Origin: an uncultured Candidatus Izemoplasmatales bacterium
Lineage (GTDB): Bacteria; Bacillota_I; Bacilli_A; Izemoplasmatales; Izemoplasmataceae
Length of the DNA stretch: 24,000 nucleotides
Direction of reading: 5' to 3'
NCBI GenBank assembly: GCA_964501715.1
Contig: CAZCTR010000001.1
Coordinates: 100,841-124,840 of the forward strand
In this document: piece by piece, positions 16,020-24,000 of the stretch
How positions within the stretch are numbered: the first letter of the stretch is position 1
Layout of the letters: every line of letters begins with the position of its first letter
Made by a program: the position numbers and the translations under genes
The notes under the pieces: model-generated
Seen by the model: the letters and a program-made list of their open reading frames with translations, nothing else
Database searches by the model: none
What the model was told of the DNA's origin: nothing

Positions 16020-18014
16020 TCAAACCGTTTCTCCTTCAAAAAACATGCTGTTCACATGTTCGATCAATCGGTCGGTCTCTTCGGAGGCTTTTCTTTCATG
16101 ACGTTCCATGATGACCTCGGCATCAAGGCTGGCCTGTTCGAACAAGGCCATGTCTCCCTCCTCGTCCTTTCTCAGAATGTCGAGGCTTCCGCTTTGTCGT
16201 GTTCCGACAAGATCGCCGAACCCTCTCCTATCAAGGTCGACCTCACTCAGTTCAAAGCCGTCATTGGTGGTCTCGAGTATCTTCAGACGCTCCACGGTCC
16301 ACGCATCATCCTTGCAGAGGATGACGCACGCACCGTTCGACCCTTCCCTTCCGACTCTCCCCCTGAGTTGATGGAGCTGAGCATATCCGAAACGCTCACC
16401 ATGATAGATCACCATGAGCGTTGCACCCGGAGCGTGAATGCCCACTTCAATGACCGTGGTCGAAACCAGTATGTCAGTGGACCGGTCCTTGAAAGCTTTC
16501 AAGGTTTCTCTTTTCTCTTGCGCACTGAGTCGTCCATGAAGCATGGCGACCGATTGGTCGCGGAATCGTTCGCTATATTTCCTGAACAGGGTCTTCACGC
16601 CATTCAAGGTCTCCTGTTCGTCAATGGTCGGCGCGACCACGTACACTTGTTCCCCTCTTTTAAGCCGACGAGCGACCGCATTCATGGCAGCTTGTTCGCT
16701 CCGCATGGTTCTCACGGCCGTCTCCACGGAACGCGCCCTGTTGGATGGACGCTCAATCGTTGAAATATCCATATCGCCGAACAGGGTCATTGCTAGCGTA
16801 CGCGGAATGGGTGTTGCGCTGAGATAGAGAATGTCCGGTATGTCGCCTTTTGAAAAGAGACGTTTTCTTTGAGCGACCCCGAAACGGTGTTGCTCATCCG
16901 TAATCACAAGCCCCAATGCAGAAAACCTGACATCGTCGCTGAACAGCCTGTGTGTCCCGACAACAAGGTCGCATCGGCCTGCCTCAAGCGCATCAAGCGT
17001 GTCCCGCTCATCAGAGGCGTTTTGTGTAAGCAACCGGATTTCGACCCCGAAAGTGTCTAAAAAAGCATTCGCCTCATCATACTGTTGCTGGGCCAGAATC
17101 TCGGTGGGGGCCATGAATGCGACCTGATAGCCCGAACGGATGGTTGCGAACGCTGCGAGCATGGCCACAACCGTCTTGCCGCTTCCTGTATCGCCCTGCA
17201 GCATCCGGCGCATCGGGGAAACATCGCGCAAGTCAGCGAGAATCGAGTCCAGTGCCGCATCCTGTGAAGGACTCAGATCAAAAGGCAGGCGGCAGGTCGC
17301 CTCTTTCAAGACATCCGTCGAGATGGACTTGATGGTGCCTTTTTGATGCTGCCTCCGTCTTCGCGCTCCCATCACCCGCAATTGATAGAAGAGCAACGCT
17401 TCGTATCTCAGTCTCGCAAGCGCCTTTCTAAGAGATGGAAGGGTCCTTGGGAAGTGTGCCGCGAAAAGCGCTTCATGACGCTTCGGATATCCATAGGAAT
17501 CCAACAGGTGGGATGGAACGGGGTCCATCCACGCAGAAATGGATTCAAAAGCTTGACGGACAAGTTTTTGAACAACCTTGTCACTGATACCCGACAAGTT
17601 GTAAACCGGGATGATGCCTTCCATGAAATGTTCCCTTTTGATGACTCTTTGAGCCGTCAGGGTTTTCTTGGAATGATCCACTTTAGCGTAAAGCGCGACG
17701 GTGTCTCCTTTTGACAATGTCTTTTTAAGGTAATGCTGATTGAATACTGCGATGGTGAAGACTGTGCCATCCACAGAGGCTTTGAACGTCAGACGACTAA
17801 GGCTTTTGCGTATGAAAAAAACCGAGACATCGCTGCTTATGACGCCTTCGAGATAACACGAAGTCCCATTTTCGACCTCATGGATGCGGGATATCGATCG
17901 CACATCATAACGTCTGGGAAGATATTCCACCAAATCACTAAGGGAATGGATGCCCTGTTCATTCAAACGGTCGACCCGTGTCGGTCCCAAACCTTTCAAG
18001 TCCTCTAAAGCCAT
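16020..18014 (-). CDS. recG: ATP-dependent DNA helicase RecG
   Basis: Walker A GDTGSGKTVVA, the DEQHRFG box, an N-terminal wedge/OB region, and 664 aa length. Confidence 0.95.
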   Translation of the reverse strand: MALEDLKGLGPTRVDRLNEQGIHSLSDLVEYLPRRYDVRSISRIHEVENGTSCYLEGVISSDVSVFFIRKSLSRLTFKASVDGTVFTIAVFNQHYLKKTLSKGDTVALYAKVDHSKKTLTAQRVIKREHFMEGIIPVYNLSGISDKVVQKLVRQAFESISAWMDPVPSHLLDSYGYPKRHEALFAAHFPRTLPSLRKALARLRYEALLFYQLRVMGARRRRQHQKGTIKSISTDVLKEATCRLPFDLSPSQDAALDSILADLRDVSPMRRMLQGDTGSGKTVVAMLAAFATIRSGYQVAFMAPTEILAQQQYDEANAFLDTFGVEIRLLTQNASDERDTLDALEAGRCDLVVGTHRLFSDDVRFSALGLVITDEQHRFGVAQRKRLFSKGDIPDILYLSATPIPRTLAMTLFGDMDISTIERPSNRARSVETAVRTMRSEQAAMNAVARRLKRGEQVYVVAPTIDEQETLNGVKTLFRKYSERFRDQSVAMLHGRLSAQEKRETLKAFKDRSTDILVSTTVIEVGIHAPGATLMVIYHGERFGYAQLHQLRGRVGREGSNGACVILCKDDAWTVERLKILETTNDGFELSEVDLDRRGFGDLVGTRQSGSLDILRKDEEGDMALFEQASLDAEVIMERHERKASEETDRLIEHVNSMFFEGETV

Positions 18015-18046
18015 ACTATCACCAAAGACATTATAACACGCCTGTC

Positions 18047-18080
18047 ATAAAAAAAGACCAAGGGGTTTTAAGCCCTTGGT
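18047..18080 (-). terminator. Intrinsic terminator after fakA
   Basis: On the minus-strand RNA, GACCAAGGG (18080-18072) pairs with CCCUUGGUC (18063-18055) around an 8-nt loop, followed by UUUUUUU. Confidence 0.8.
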
Positions 18081-18089
18081 CGTGGTTGT

Positions 18090-19760
18090 CTATTCCACTG
18101 CAAACAGATAATGGTACACTGACTGATCGCCTTGGATGGTCTCGATTTCAAGTTCCTCGAAAGATTCGTTGATATGTTTTTCCAGTTTCTTGACTTCTTT
18201 TTCATCAACGTCTTGGCCGACCATGATGGTGATGATTTCGCTATCATCATCAATCAATGAAGCGACCAGTTCCTTGGCGGCATTAAGGCGGCTTTTGTCG
18301 GAATGCACGATTTTCCCCTCGTTGATGGAGAGATAATCGTTTTTCTTGATCTCGATGCCGTTCATGTCCGTATCACGGATGGCATAAGTGATCTCACCCG
18401 TCTTGACATGGTCGATGAGCTCTTTCATCTCCTCAACGATTTCGTCCAGTTCTTGGTTCGCGTCAAACATGGTCAGACTCGCATACCCTTGAGGGATGGT
18501 CTTGGCGGGAAGGACGATCACGTTCTTGTCCTCGATGGTCTTCTTGGCGTGTTCCGCGCTCATCATGACATTTTTGTTGTTAGGAATGATCAGGATGTTT
18601 TCCGCGTTGACAAAACTCACAGCATCGATGAAATCCTGTGTGGATGGGTTCATAGTCTGTCCACCGTCGATGATGTAATCCACACCCATCTCCTTGAATG
18701 ATTCCTTGATGCCTTTCCCTGTAAGCACAGTGATGATGCCGTAGCGCTTGGGTTGACCGGTGTGATATGCGTTGAGATGTTCATGGCCACAATCGTGCTC
18801 GTGCTCATGTTCCGGTTGATGAAGGAGCGTCTCGGTATGTTGGAGGGTCATGTTTTCGATTTTGATGTTGGCGAACTCGCCATACTCCTGACCGAGATTG
18901 AGCGCTTCACCAGGTTCGGTAGTATGGATGTGTACTTTGAGGATTTCCTCATCATCGACAACAACGATGGAATCCCCCATCTTGTTGAGCTGTTTGATGA
19001 CTTTGTCCTTGTTGAGTTTCTTGCGTCCGTCCAATTGGACGATGAACTCAGTGCAATAACCGAATTCCTTCTGTTCTTCCTGTTCATAGCCTTTAGTGGT
19101 CTTCGCAGCTGCGCGCCTGGCGCCTCGGTCCTCTTGATGCATCTCACCTTCCAAGGCGTCCACCATGCCTTCGATGATGTAGATCAGACCGGCTCCACCG
19201 CTGTCGACAACACCCGACTCCTTTAGTACGGGAAGCTGTTCCGGGGTGTTTTCAAGTGCTTTTTGCGCGGCTTCGAGATACACCTTGAGCGTCGCCAGGA
19301 TGTCAGTGTTCTCATCCGAGACACTTTCAGCTTTCTCGACGGCTTCACGTGCGACTGTTAGAATCGTGCCCTCAACAGGGTTGATGACGGCGCCATAGGC
19401 TTGTTTGACGCCTTGCTTCATACCTTCGATGAACTGTTTCGCATTCGCGGTCACGAGTGACTGGAACGTTTTGCCGAATCCGCTGAAAAGCTGTGAAAGG
19501 ATGACGCCCGAGTTTCCTCTTGCGCCCATCAGCAGACCTCTTGAGAGGGCTTTTCCTATTTTTTCAACTGATTCGTCCTCTAAAGACTGTATGGCTTCAA
19601 CGCCAGACATCATGGTTGATTGCATGTTGCTTCCGGTATCGCCATCTGGGACAGGGAAGACGTTCAAGTCGTTGATTTCCTGGTGATTGTTCTTGAGTTT
19701 TATGCTGCCGTTCGTTATGATTAATTTCATGAGATTTCCATCGATTTCCATGGGTTTCAT
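18090..19760 (-). CDS. fakA: DAK2-domain fatty acid kinase ATP-binding subunit (YloV/FakA family)
   Basis: The N-terminal LNVFPVPDGDTGSNM Dak2 motif is present and the protein is 556 aa. The position between rpmB and recG matches B. subtilis yloV and S. aureus fakA. GGAGGA SD lies 6 nt before the ATG. Confidence 0.88.
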   Translation of the reverse strand: MKPMEIDGNLMKLIITNGSIKLKNNHQEINDLNVFPVPDGDTGSNMQSTMMSGVEAIQSLEDESVEKIGKALSRGLLMGARGNSGVILSQLFSGFGKTFQSLVTANAKQFIEGMKQGVKQAYGAVINPVEGTILTVAREAVEKAESVSDENTDILATLKVYLEAAQKALENTPEQLPVLKESGVVDSGGAGLIYIIEGMVDALEGEMHQEDRGARRAAAKTTKGYEQEEQKEFGYCTEFIVQLDGRKKLNKDKVIKQLNKMGDSIVVVDDEEILKVHIHTTEPGEALNLGQEYGEFANIKIENMTLQHTETLLHQPEHEHEHDCGHEHLNAYHTGQPKRYGIITVLTGKGIKESFKEMGVDYIIDGGQTMNPSTQDFIDAVSFVNAENILIIPNNKNVMMSAEHAKKTIEDKNVIVLPAKTIPQGYASLTMFDANQELDEIVEEMKELIDHVKTGEITYAIRDTDMNGIEIKKNDYLSINEGKIVHSDKSRLNAAKELVASLIDDDSEIITIMVGQDVDEKEVKKLEKHINESFEELEIETIQGDQSVYHYLFAVE

Positions 19761-19914
19761 AGGCTATCCTCCGTAGTGAATAATAGTCAATAGTTATGTG
19801 TACAAATTAGTTTGATATACTTAATATGCAGGCTTTATTTATTTTATCACAGCCCCCCTGGCATTGCAACATATAGACCAAATAACGTATATTAACATTT
19901 TTTTTATAAAATGC

Positions 19915-19942
19915 TTGATTTATATTGTCCATGTGTTATCAT
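19915..19942 (+). promoter_or_regulatory. Candidate sigma-A promoter for rpmB
   Basis: TTGATT-16 nt-TATCAT with TGT preceding the -10. It lies about 40 nt upstream of the GGAGG SD and ATG 19985. Confidence 0.5.
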
Positions 19943-19984
19943 GTATAAGGTTCGCAATAGGATTCGTCGAATGGAGGTCAAATC

Positions 19985-20179
19985 ATGTCAAAATCTTGTT
20001 ATGTCACTGGAAAGAAAAACCATTTCGGTAACAATCGCTCATTTTCCATGAACGCAACCCGACGCAAATGGAAAGCCAATTTGCAAAAGGTCAGGATCAT
20101 CGATGAAAACGGCGAAAAGAAAACTGTTTATGTATCCGCACGTGCCCTCAAAAAACATAAACTGAACCGCGCTCAATAA
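19985..20179 (+). CDS. rpmB: 50S ribosomal protein L28
   Basis: [37 protein letters not shown] is the canonical L28 N-terminus. Confidence 0.95.
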   Translation: MSKSCYVTGKKNHFGNNRSFSMNATRRKWKANLQKVRIIDENGEKKTVYVSARALKKHKLNRAQ

Positions 20180-20187
20180 CTTACTCG

Positions 20188-20215
20188 AAAAGCCGATTTT
20201 TTTCGGCTTTTATTA
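20188..20215 (+). terminator. Intrinsic terminator after rpmB
   Basis: AAAAGCCGA 20188-20196 pairs with TCGGCTTTT 20203-20211, with a T-rich tail. Confidence 0.75.
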
Positions 20216-20255
20216 TGAATAACCCACCCCCCTCAAAAAACCCCCCTCTTTTTTT

Positions 20256-20286
20256 AAAGCACTGCTCGGAAGCAGTGCTTTTTTTT
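20256..20286 (+). terminator. Second hairpin plus T-run between rpmB and thiN
   Basis: AAAGCACTGC 20256-20265 pairs with GCAGTGCTTT 20272-20281, and the T-run extends to 20286. It is oriented as a plus-strand terminator. Confidence 0.6.
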
Positions 20287-20297
20287 ATGGTGCTGGG

Positions 20298-20906
20298 TCA
20301 TTCATCGTCAGAGGCAATCACGAGGAGCTCGCCGGCATCGAACGAAACGGTGCCGCTTCCCTGATTGGATATGCAAAGTGGATCCGTCACTTCAAGATCA
20401 TAGTGATCGAGTTCAAAGCTGAAATGTTTCAAGGTGAGACCGCGAACGGGTTTTACAGCGAAAAACGAGATATAAGCATGGGGATTGTCTATCTTGTGCG
20501 TGCCCGGTTTCAAGACCCGCGCCATATGGTGGTCTGTCCTGAGGGTGACATTTCCACGTCTCAACATGAGCAGGTTTCCATATGTATGGTCCAGACGGCT
20601 TCCCACTCCGCCATACATGGTGATGAGCGCGTCGGGATCAAGCGACAAGGCTTTCGTCAGGGCGATATCGGAATCTGTCTTGTCCTTGCGGATTTCAAAA
20701 TGTTCGAGCCTTCTTGCATGTTTCTTGATAAATCCGTACTCCTCGGCAGTGACACTGTCGAAATCCCCCATGGCGTAGTCGAGGTCAATGCCCTTTTCAA
20801 GCGCATGATGAGCGGCTTTGTCGACCCCTATCAGGATCTCATCTTCCTCTTTTTCATAAAGCTTGTCAAGAGTATAGGAGATGGGAGCGACAAACAGCTT
20901 GATCAT
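20298..20906 (-). CDS. thiN: Thiamine diphosphokinase
   Basis: The motifs are GVDKAAHHALEKGIDLDYAMGDFDS and KDKTDSDIAL. It shows rpe-thiN synteny, and its start overlaps the rpe stop (ATGA). Confidence 0.88.
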   Translation of the reverse strand: MIKLFVAPISYTLDKLYEKEEDEILIGVDKAAHHALEKGIDLDYAMGDFDSVTAEEYGFIKKHARRLEHFEIRKDKTDSDIALTKALSLDPDALITMYGGVGSRLDHTYGNLLMLRRGNVTLRTDHHMARVLKPGTHKIDNPHAYISFFAVKPVRGLTLKHFSFELDHYDLEVTDPLCISNQGSGTVSFDAGELLVIASDDE

Positions 20907-21541
20907 TGGCCGCGCACCTGGTCAATTTTCATCTTACGGTCGTCCGACTTGAAGATGAACGACCCCGCCACAAGCACATCGGCACCCGCCTCTTCGCAAA
21001 TCCGGGCGGTTTGTGTGTTGATGCCCCCATCGACGACGATGTCGAAGTGATAGCCTTTATCATCACGGATATCTCTGAGTTGCTGAATCTTCTCGACCAT
21101 GTCGTGCATGAACGATTGTCCGCCGAACCCTGGTTCAACACTCATCACAAGGACCAAGTCAAGGTCCGAGAGGTAAGGTTCAATATGTTCAACGGGGGTC
21201 TTCGGTTTCAAGGACAGTCCGGCCTTGACCTTGTGGTGGTGCAAATGGTCGACCCATCTTTGCACATCATCCACCGCTTCTACATGGAAGGTGATCTGGT
21301 CACTTCCGGCTTCAATGAATTCATTGAAGAACTTATCAGGATTATCCATCATGAGATGGACATCGAACACCTGTTTGGAATGCGGTCTCAACGCCTTCAC
21401 GACAAGTGGGCCTATGGTGAGATTGGGTACGAAATGGCCATCCATCACGTCGATGTGTATCCATTCGGCGCTTTTGATGGTATCGAGTTCTTCTTTCAAT
21501 CGGCTGAAATCAGCGGAAAGAATGGATGGTGCGACGCGCAT
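20903..21541 (-). CDS. rpe: Ribulose-phosphate 3-epimerase
   Basis: The motifs are APSILSADFSRL, IHIDVMDGHFVPN and VDGGIN. AGGAG lies 8 nt before ATG 21541; the two upstream in-frame ATGs lack proper SD spacing. Confidence 0.93.
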   Translation of the reverse strand: MRVAPSILSADFSRLKEELDTIKSAEWIHIDVMDGHFVPNLTIGPLVVKALRPHSKQVFDVHLMMDNPDKFFNEFIEAGSDQITFHVEAVDDVQRWVDHLHHHKVKAGLSLKPKTPVEHIEPYLSDLDLVLVMSVEPGFGGQSFMHDMVEKIQQLRDIRDDKGYHFDIVVDGGINTQTARICEEAGADVLVAGSFIFKSDDRKMKIDQVRGQ

Positions 21542-21552
21542 AATCATCACTC

Positions 21553-22419
21553 CTAATAGTGGCGCTTATTTGTATTGATTTCTTCATGGATACGCAGGTA
21601 GGTCTCATAACGGTGTTTGGGGATGTTCCCTTCACTTACGGCCTCCTTGACTGCGCACCCCGGTTCGTTCACATGAAGGCATTGTCTGAACTTGCAGGCA
21701 CCGGCAAACTTCTCGAAGTCCGCGTAGCATTCCTTGAGTCTGACGGAGTCGATCCCCTCAAGCGAGAGTTTCGAGAATCCGGGCGTGTCCGCCACAAGAC
21801 CTCCCTCGAGTCTCAGAAGTTCGACATGCCTTGTCGTGTGCCGACCACGTCCGAGCGCTTTCGATATCTCGCCCGTCCTAAGAGTGAGTGACGGGTCGAG
21901 CGCATTCAGGATGCTGCTTTTCCCAGCTCCGCTCTGTCCGGCGAGCACGCTTTCCTGGTCCTTGAACACGCGTTTCAACGTTGCAAGGCTGTGATCATCA
22001 TGGATGCTGACGAAATGGACAGGGTAATGGTTTTCATAATAGGACAGTGTCGAACGGATTGAATCAAGTGTCTTCTCATCGACCAGGTCCGTCTTGTTGA
22101 GGACAATCCTTGCAGACACATCACTGTCCTCGGCAACCACCAGGAACCTATCCAGTAGATAAGTGCTGAAATCAGGGTCGACTGTCGACGTGATGATAAG
22201 CACTTGGTCGACATTCGCGATGGGCGGCCGGAGAAAATCATTCGTTCTTTTAAGGACATCGATGATTTGAGACTCGTCAAAGGTGACGCGGTCTCCGACC
22301 TTCGGCGAGACCCCCTGATGCCTAAGGACACCGCGTGGCACAACGGTTTGCACATTTCCAGATGCATCCATGACATCATATTTGCCTCCGATGAGCTTGA
22401 TCACTTTGCCTTCTTTCAT
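21553..22419 (-). CDS. rsgA: Ribosome small-subunit-dependent GTPase A
   Basis: It has a circularly permuted GTPase: NKTDL occurs before GQSGAGKSS. The C-terminal Zn knuckle is CKFRQCLHVNEPGC. ATG 22419 is preferred over GTG 22425. Confidence 0.92.
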   Translation of the reverse strand: MKEGKVIKLIGGKYDVMDASGNVQTVVPRGVLRHQGVSPKVGDRVTFDESQIIDVLKRTNDFLRPPIANVDQVLIITSTVDPDFSTYLLDRFLVVAEDSDVSARIVLNKTDLVDEKTLDSIRSTLSYYENHYPVHFVSIHDDHSLATLKRVFKDQESVLAGQSGAGKSSILNALDPSLTLRTGEISKALGRGRHTTRHVELLRLEGGLVADTPGFSKLSLEGIDSVRLKECYADFEKFAGACKFRQCLHVNEPGCAVKEAVSEGNIPKHRYETYLRIHEEINTNKRHY

Positions 22420-22430
22420 ACACACCTCGA

Positions 22431-24000
22431 TTACAATTGGGTCCTTTTCAACGCTTCACTGAGTGGCAGCGTTTCTACCCTTTTTCTGGCAGATTGGATG
22501 CCTAACGCATAAATCATACCATAGATGATGATAATTATAAACACATACCCCCACGGAATTGCAAGCGGGATGACCATGTTGAAATAGTCAGCGAGCCATT
22601 GCATCATCCAATTGAGGGTGAAAAGAGCGAGGGGAACCGCTAGTGCGAAAGCGAATACGCTAAGGGCCAGATACCCGCCGAGAAGATAGGTCCTGATTTC
22701 CCTTTTCCCATATCCCATGACTTTGAGCATGGCGATTGTGTAGCTGTGATCATCTGCCGAAAGACGCGTGATCAAGTATATCACAAGCCCGCCAATGGCA
22801 AGGGAAAGGCCGACGGCGATATTGATGAAGGATTGCATCAGACGGTCGATGCTGTCGATCTGTTCCAAAATGGAGTCCACTCTGTGCACCTCGAGATAGT
22901 CCTCCCCATCAAGGACATGGTCAGCATACACGGTGTTGAAAGCTGCTTCTTCCCCTGTGTAAAATCCCGCCAACGCAGCCCTTTCTATGAACACCCTGTT
23001 CCCCGCATACAAGTCGGCGACACCCGTCACCTCGAGTTCCAACATTTCATCCCCATGTTCGAGCATGAAACGTTCACCCTTCTGTAAACCGCTCAGAAGC
23101 TGATGGCTCTTGGTGATGACTGCCCCCTCGACAAGGGGTTTTGAAAGAGACGTCCCCGCATCGTCATGAAGCGGATGTATGGGATCGTCAGGTTCAAGCC
23201 CGATCAACAGACTGGGCTCCCCTTGCACGCGGGCGGACGTCTCATACACCTTGCTCGCCCCCTCAGGGACAGGGCAGGTAGCTTCATAATCGCATCGTCC
23301 GATGGACTCTATCCGGGTTGAATCATAATAATCCGGTAAGGTTTTTCCGAAAGCGTCCAACATCCCGGCGGTCACTAGTGCCATGAAAAAGACAGTCATA
23401 AGGGCTAGAAGATAGATGAGGGTCTTTCCCGCGTGTCTGCTTAAGAATGCGGTCTGCATCCTCAAGGTGAAGGGCATGTTCCGAAGCTTTTTCAACCCGG
23501 GACGTATGAACACGCCTTTTCTCCCGGTCGTATCCCTCATGAGTGCATCAGGCGTCTCTTTGAAAAGACGATGAAGCACCCAGAAGCCGATTCCGTTCAG
23601 AACCAGCAGCGGCACCCCGACGGAGACCAGGACAACACGAAGGGAAAAAGAGACCGGCGCCTGCGGCAACATGTAGAAACTGAGAAAAAGATCCCGTATG
23701 TAAGGGCTAAGATGATGCCCGAGCGCGTAACCTCCCAATGCAAACCCGAAAGAGGCCACACTCAAAAAGGCCAAATGCGCAATAAAGATTGTACGTCTTG
23801 GCATCCCGAGAGCCATCAGTACACCGAGGGGCTTCTTTGTGCGTTCAATCATCCTGCTCACAAACGCCGCACATACGCCTATCCCGGTCGCAGCCGTGAA
23901 CACCGCGATGCTGAGGGCCATCATCTGCGACCCCTGGATTTCCGCATAGACCGCTCCGCTTCTCATGACTTCTTCGGTAAGCGAGACCGAGTCCACGAAG
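22431..24000 (-). CDS. FtsX-family ABC transporter permease (multi-TM with a large extracytoplasmic domain); N-terminus lies outside the window
   Basis: The frame is open to the window edge. The C-terminal FtsX module is IAMLKVMGYGKREIRTYLLGGYLALSVFAFALAVP. A second FtsX-like module lies near the N-terminal part (LGMPRRTIFIAHLAF). A soluble domain of about 190 aa sits between TM blocks. The substrate is unknown. Confidence 0.8.
   Translation of the reverse strand, partial: FVDSVSLTEEVMRSGAVYAEIQGSQMMALSIAVFTAATGIGVCAAFVSRMIERTKKPLGVLMALGMPRRTIFIAHLAFLSVASFGFALGGYALGHHLSPYIRDLFLSFYMLPQAPVSFSLRVVLVSVGVPLLVLNGIGFWVLHRLFKETPDALMRDTTGRKGVFIRPGLKKLRNMPFTLRMQTAFLSRHAGKTLIYLLALMTVFFMALVTAGMLDAFGKTLPDYYDSTRIESIGRCDYEATCPVPEGASKVYETSARVQGEPSLLIGLEPDDPIHPLHDDAGTSLSKPLVEGAVITKSHQLLSGLQKGERFMLEHGDEMLELEVTGVADLYAGNRVFIERAALAGFYTGEEAAFNTVYADHVLDGEDYLEVHRVDSILEQIDSIDRLMQSFINIAVGLSLAIGGLVIYLITRLSADDHSYTIAMLKVMGYGKREIRTYLLGGYLALSVFAFALAVPLALFTLNWMMQWLADYFNMVIPLAIPWGYVFIIIIIYGMIYALGIQSARKRVETLPLSEALKRTQL

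Noticed and set aside
15969-16763. 264-aa plus-strand ORF antisense to the recG 3' half, plus several 60-125-aa ORFs across 16108-18008
   Set aside because: RecG motifs on the minus strand are unambiguous. The antisense ORFs have low-complexity S/R/P/L composition and no translation signals.
18029-18037. TGT-TATAAT (extended -10) on the minus strand just upstream of recG, considered as a recG promoter
   Set aside because: The -10 is only 14 nt from the recG ATG, leaving no room for a leader with an SD. It may be a chance match, and recG may instead be expressed by read-through of the fakA terminator. I cannot decide from sequence alone.
20403-21556. Two long plus-strand ORFs (215 aa and 216 aa) antisense to thiN and rpe
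   Set aside because: Both are shadows of well-supported minus-strand genes (TPK and Rpe motifs). They have no SD and no independent motifs.

Overview
This is 24 kb of a Bacillota-type chromosome. It uses the standard genetic code (TGA is a stop), and its synteny resembles Bacilli, Erysipelotrichia and Mollicutes-related lineages. The window is densely packed with conserved housekeeping genes. In order these are: pepF (5' partial); a Trp T-box leader plus trpS; a CofE-like ligase; an EIIB-like membrane protein coupled to ptsH; uppP; a GNAT acetyltransferase; ppa; an OsmC-family protein; two tRNA-Gly genes; rsmH; yceD-rpmF; tmcAL; mrp/apbC; dnaD-nth; rnc; plsX; recG; fakA (yloV); rpmB; thiN-rpe-rsgA; and a partial FtsX-type ABC permease. 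The only accessory-looking segment is about 10.7-12.9 kb. It holds a 407-aa HTH plus helical-repeat (RNPP/NprR-like) regulator and a DUF2975 membrane protein paired with a YozG-like HTH. I found no CRISPR array, transposase, integrase, phage genes or recognisable defence or toxin genes. I do not see a convincing novel multi-gene system. Four modest leads stand out. (1) A membrane-anchored, cysteine-less EIIB-like protein is translationally coupled to HPr. (2) A CofE-family ligase carries a large insertion and has no F420 genes nearby. (3) The RNPP-like regulator is an orphan, with a perfect 10-5-10 palindrome upstream built from two opposed TGATAAAAT extended -10 elements. (4) The fakA-recG-plsX-rnc block lacks the fapR/fab/acpP genes usually found there. 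All family assignments come from reading motifs by eye; no database search was possible.
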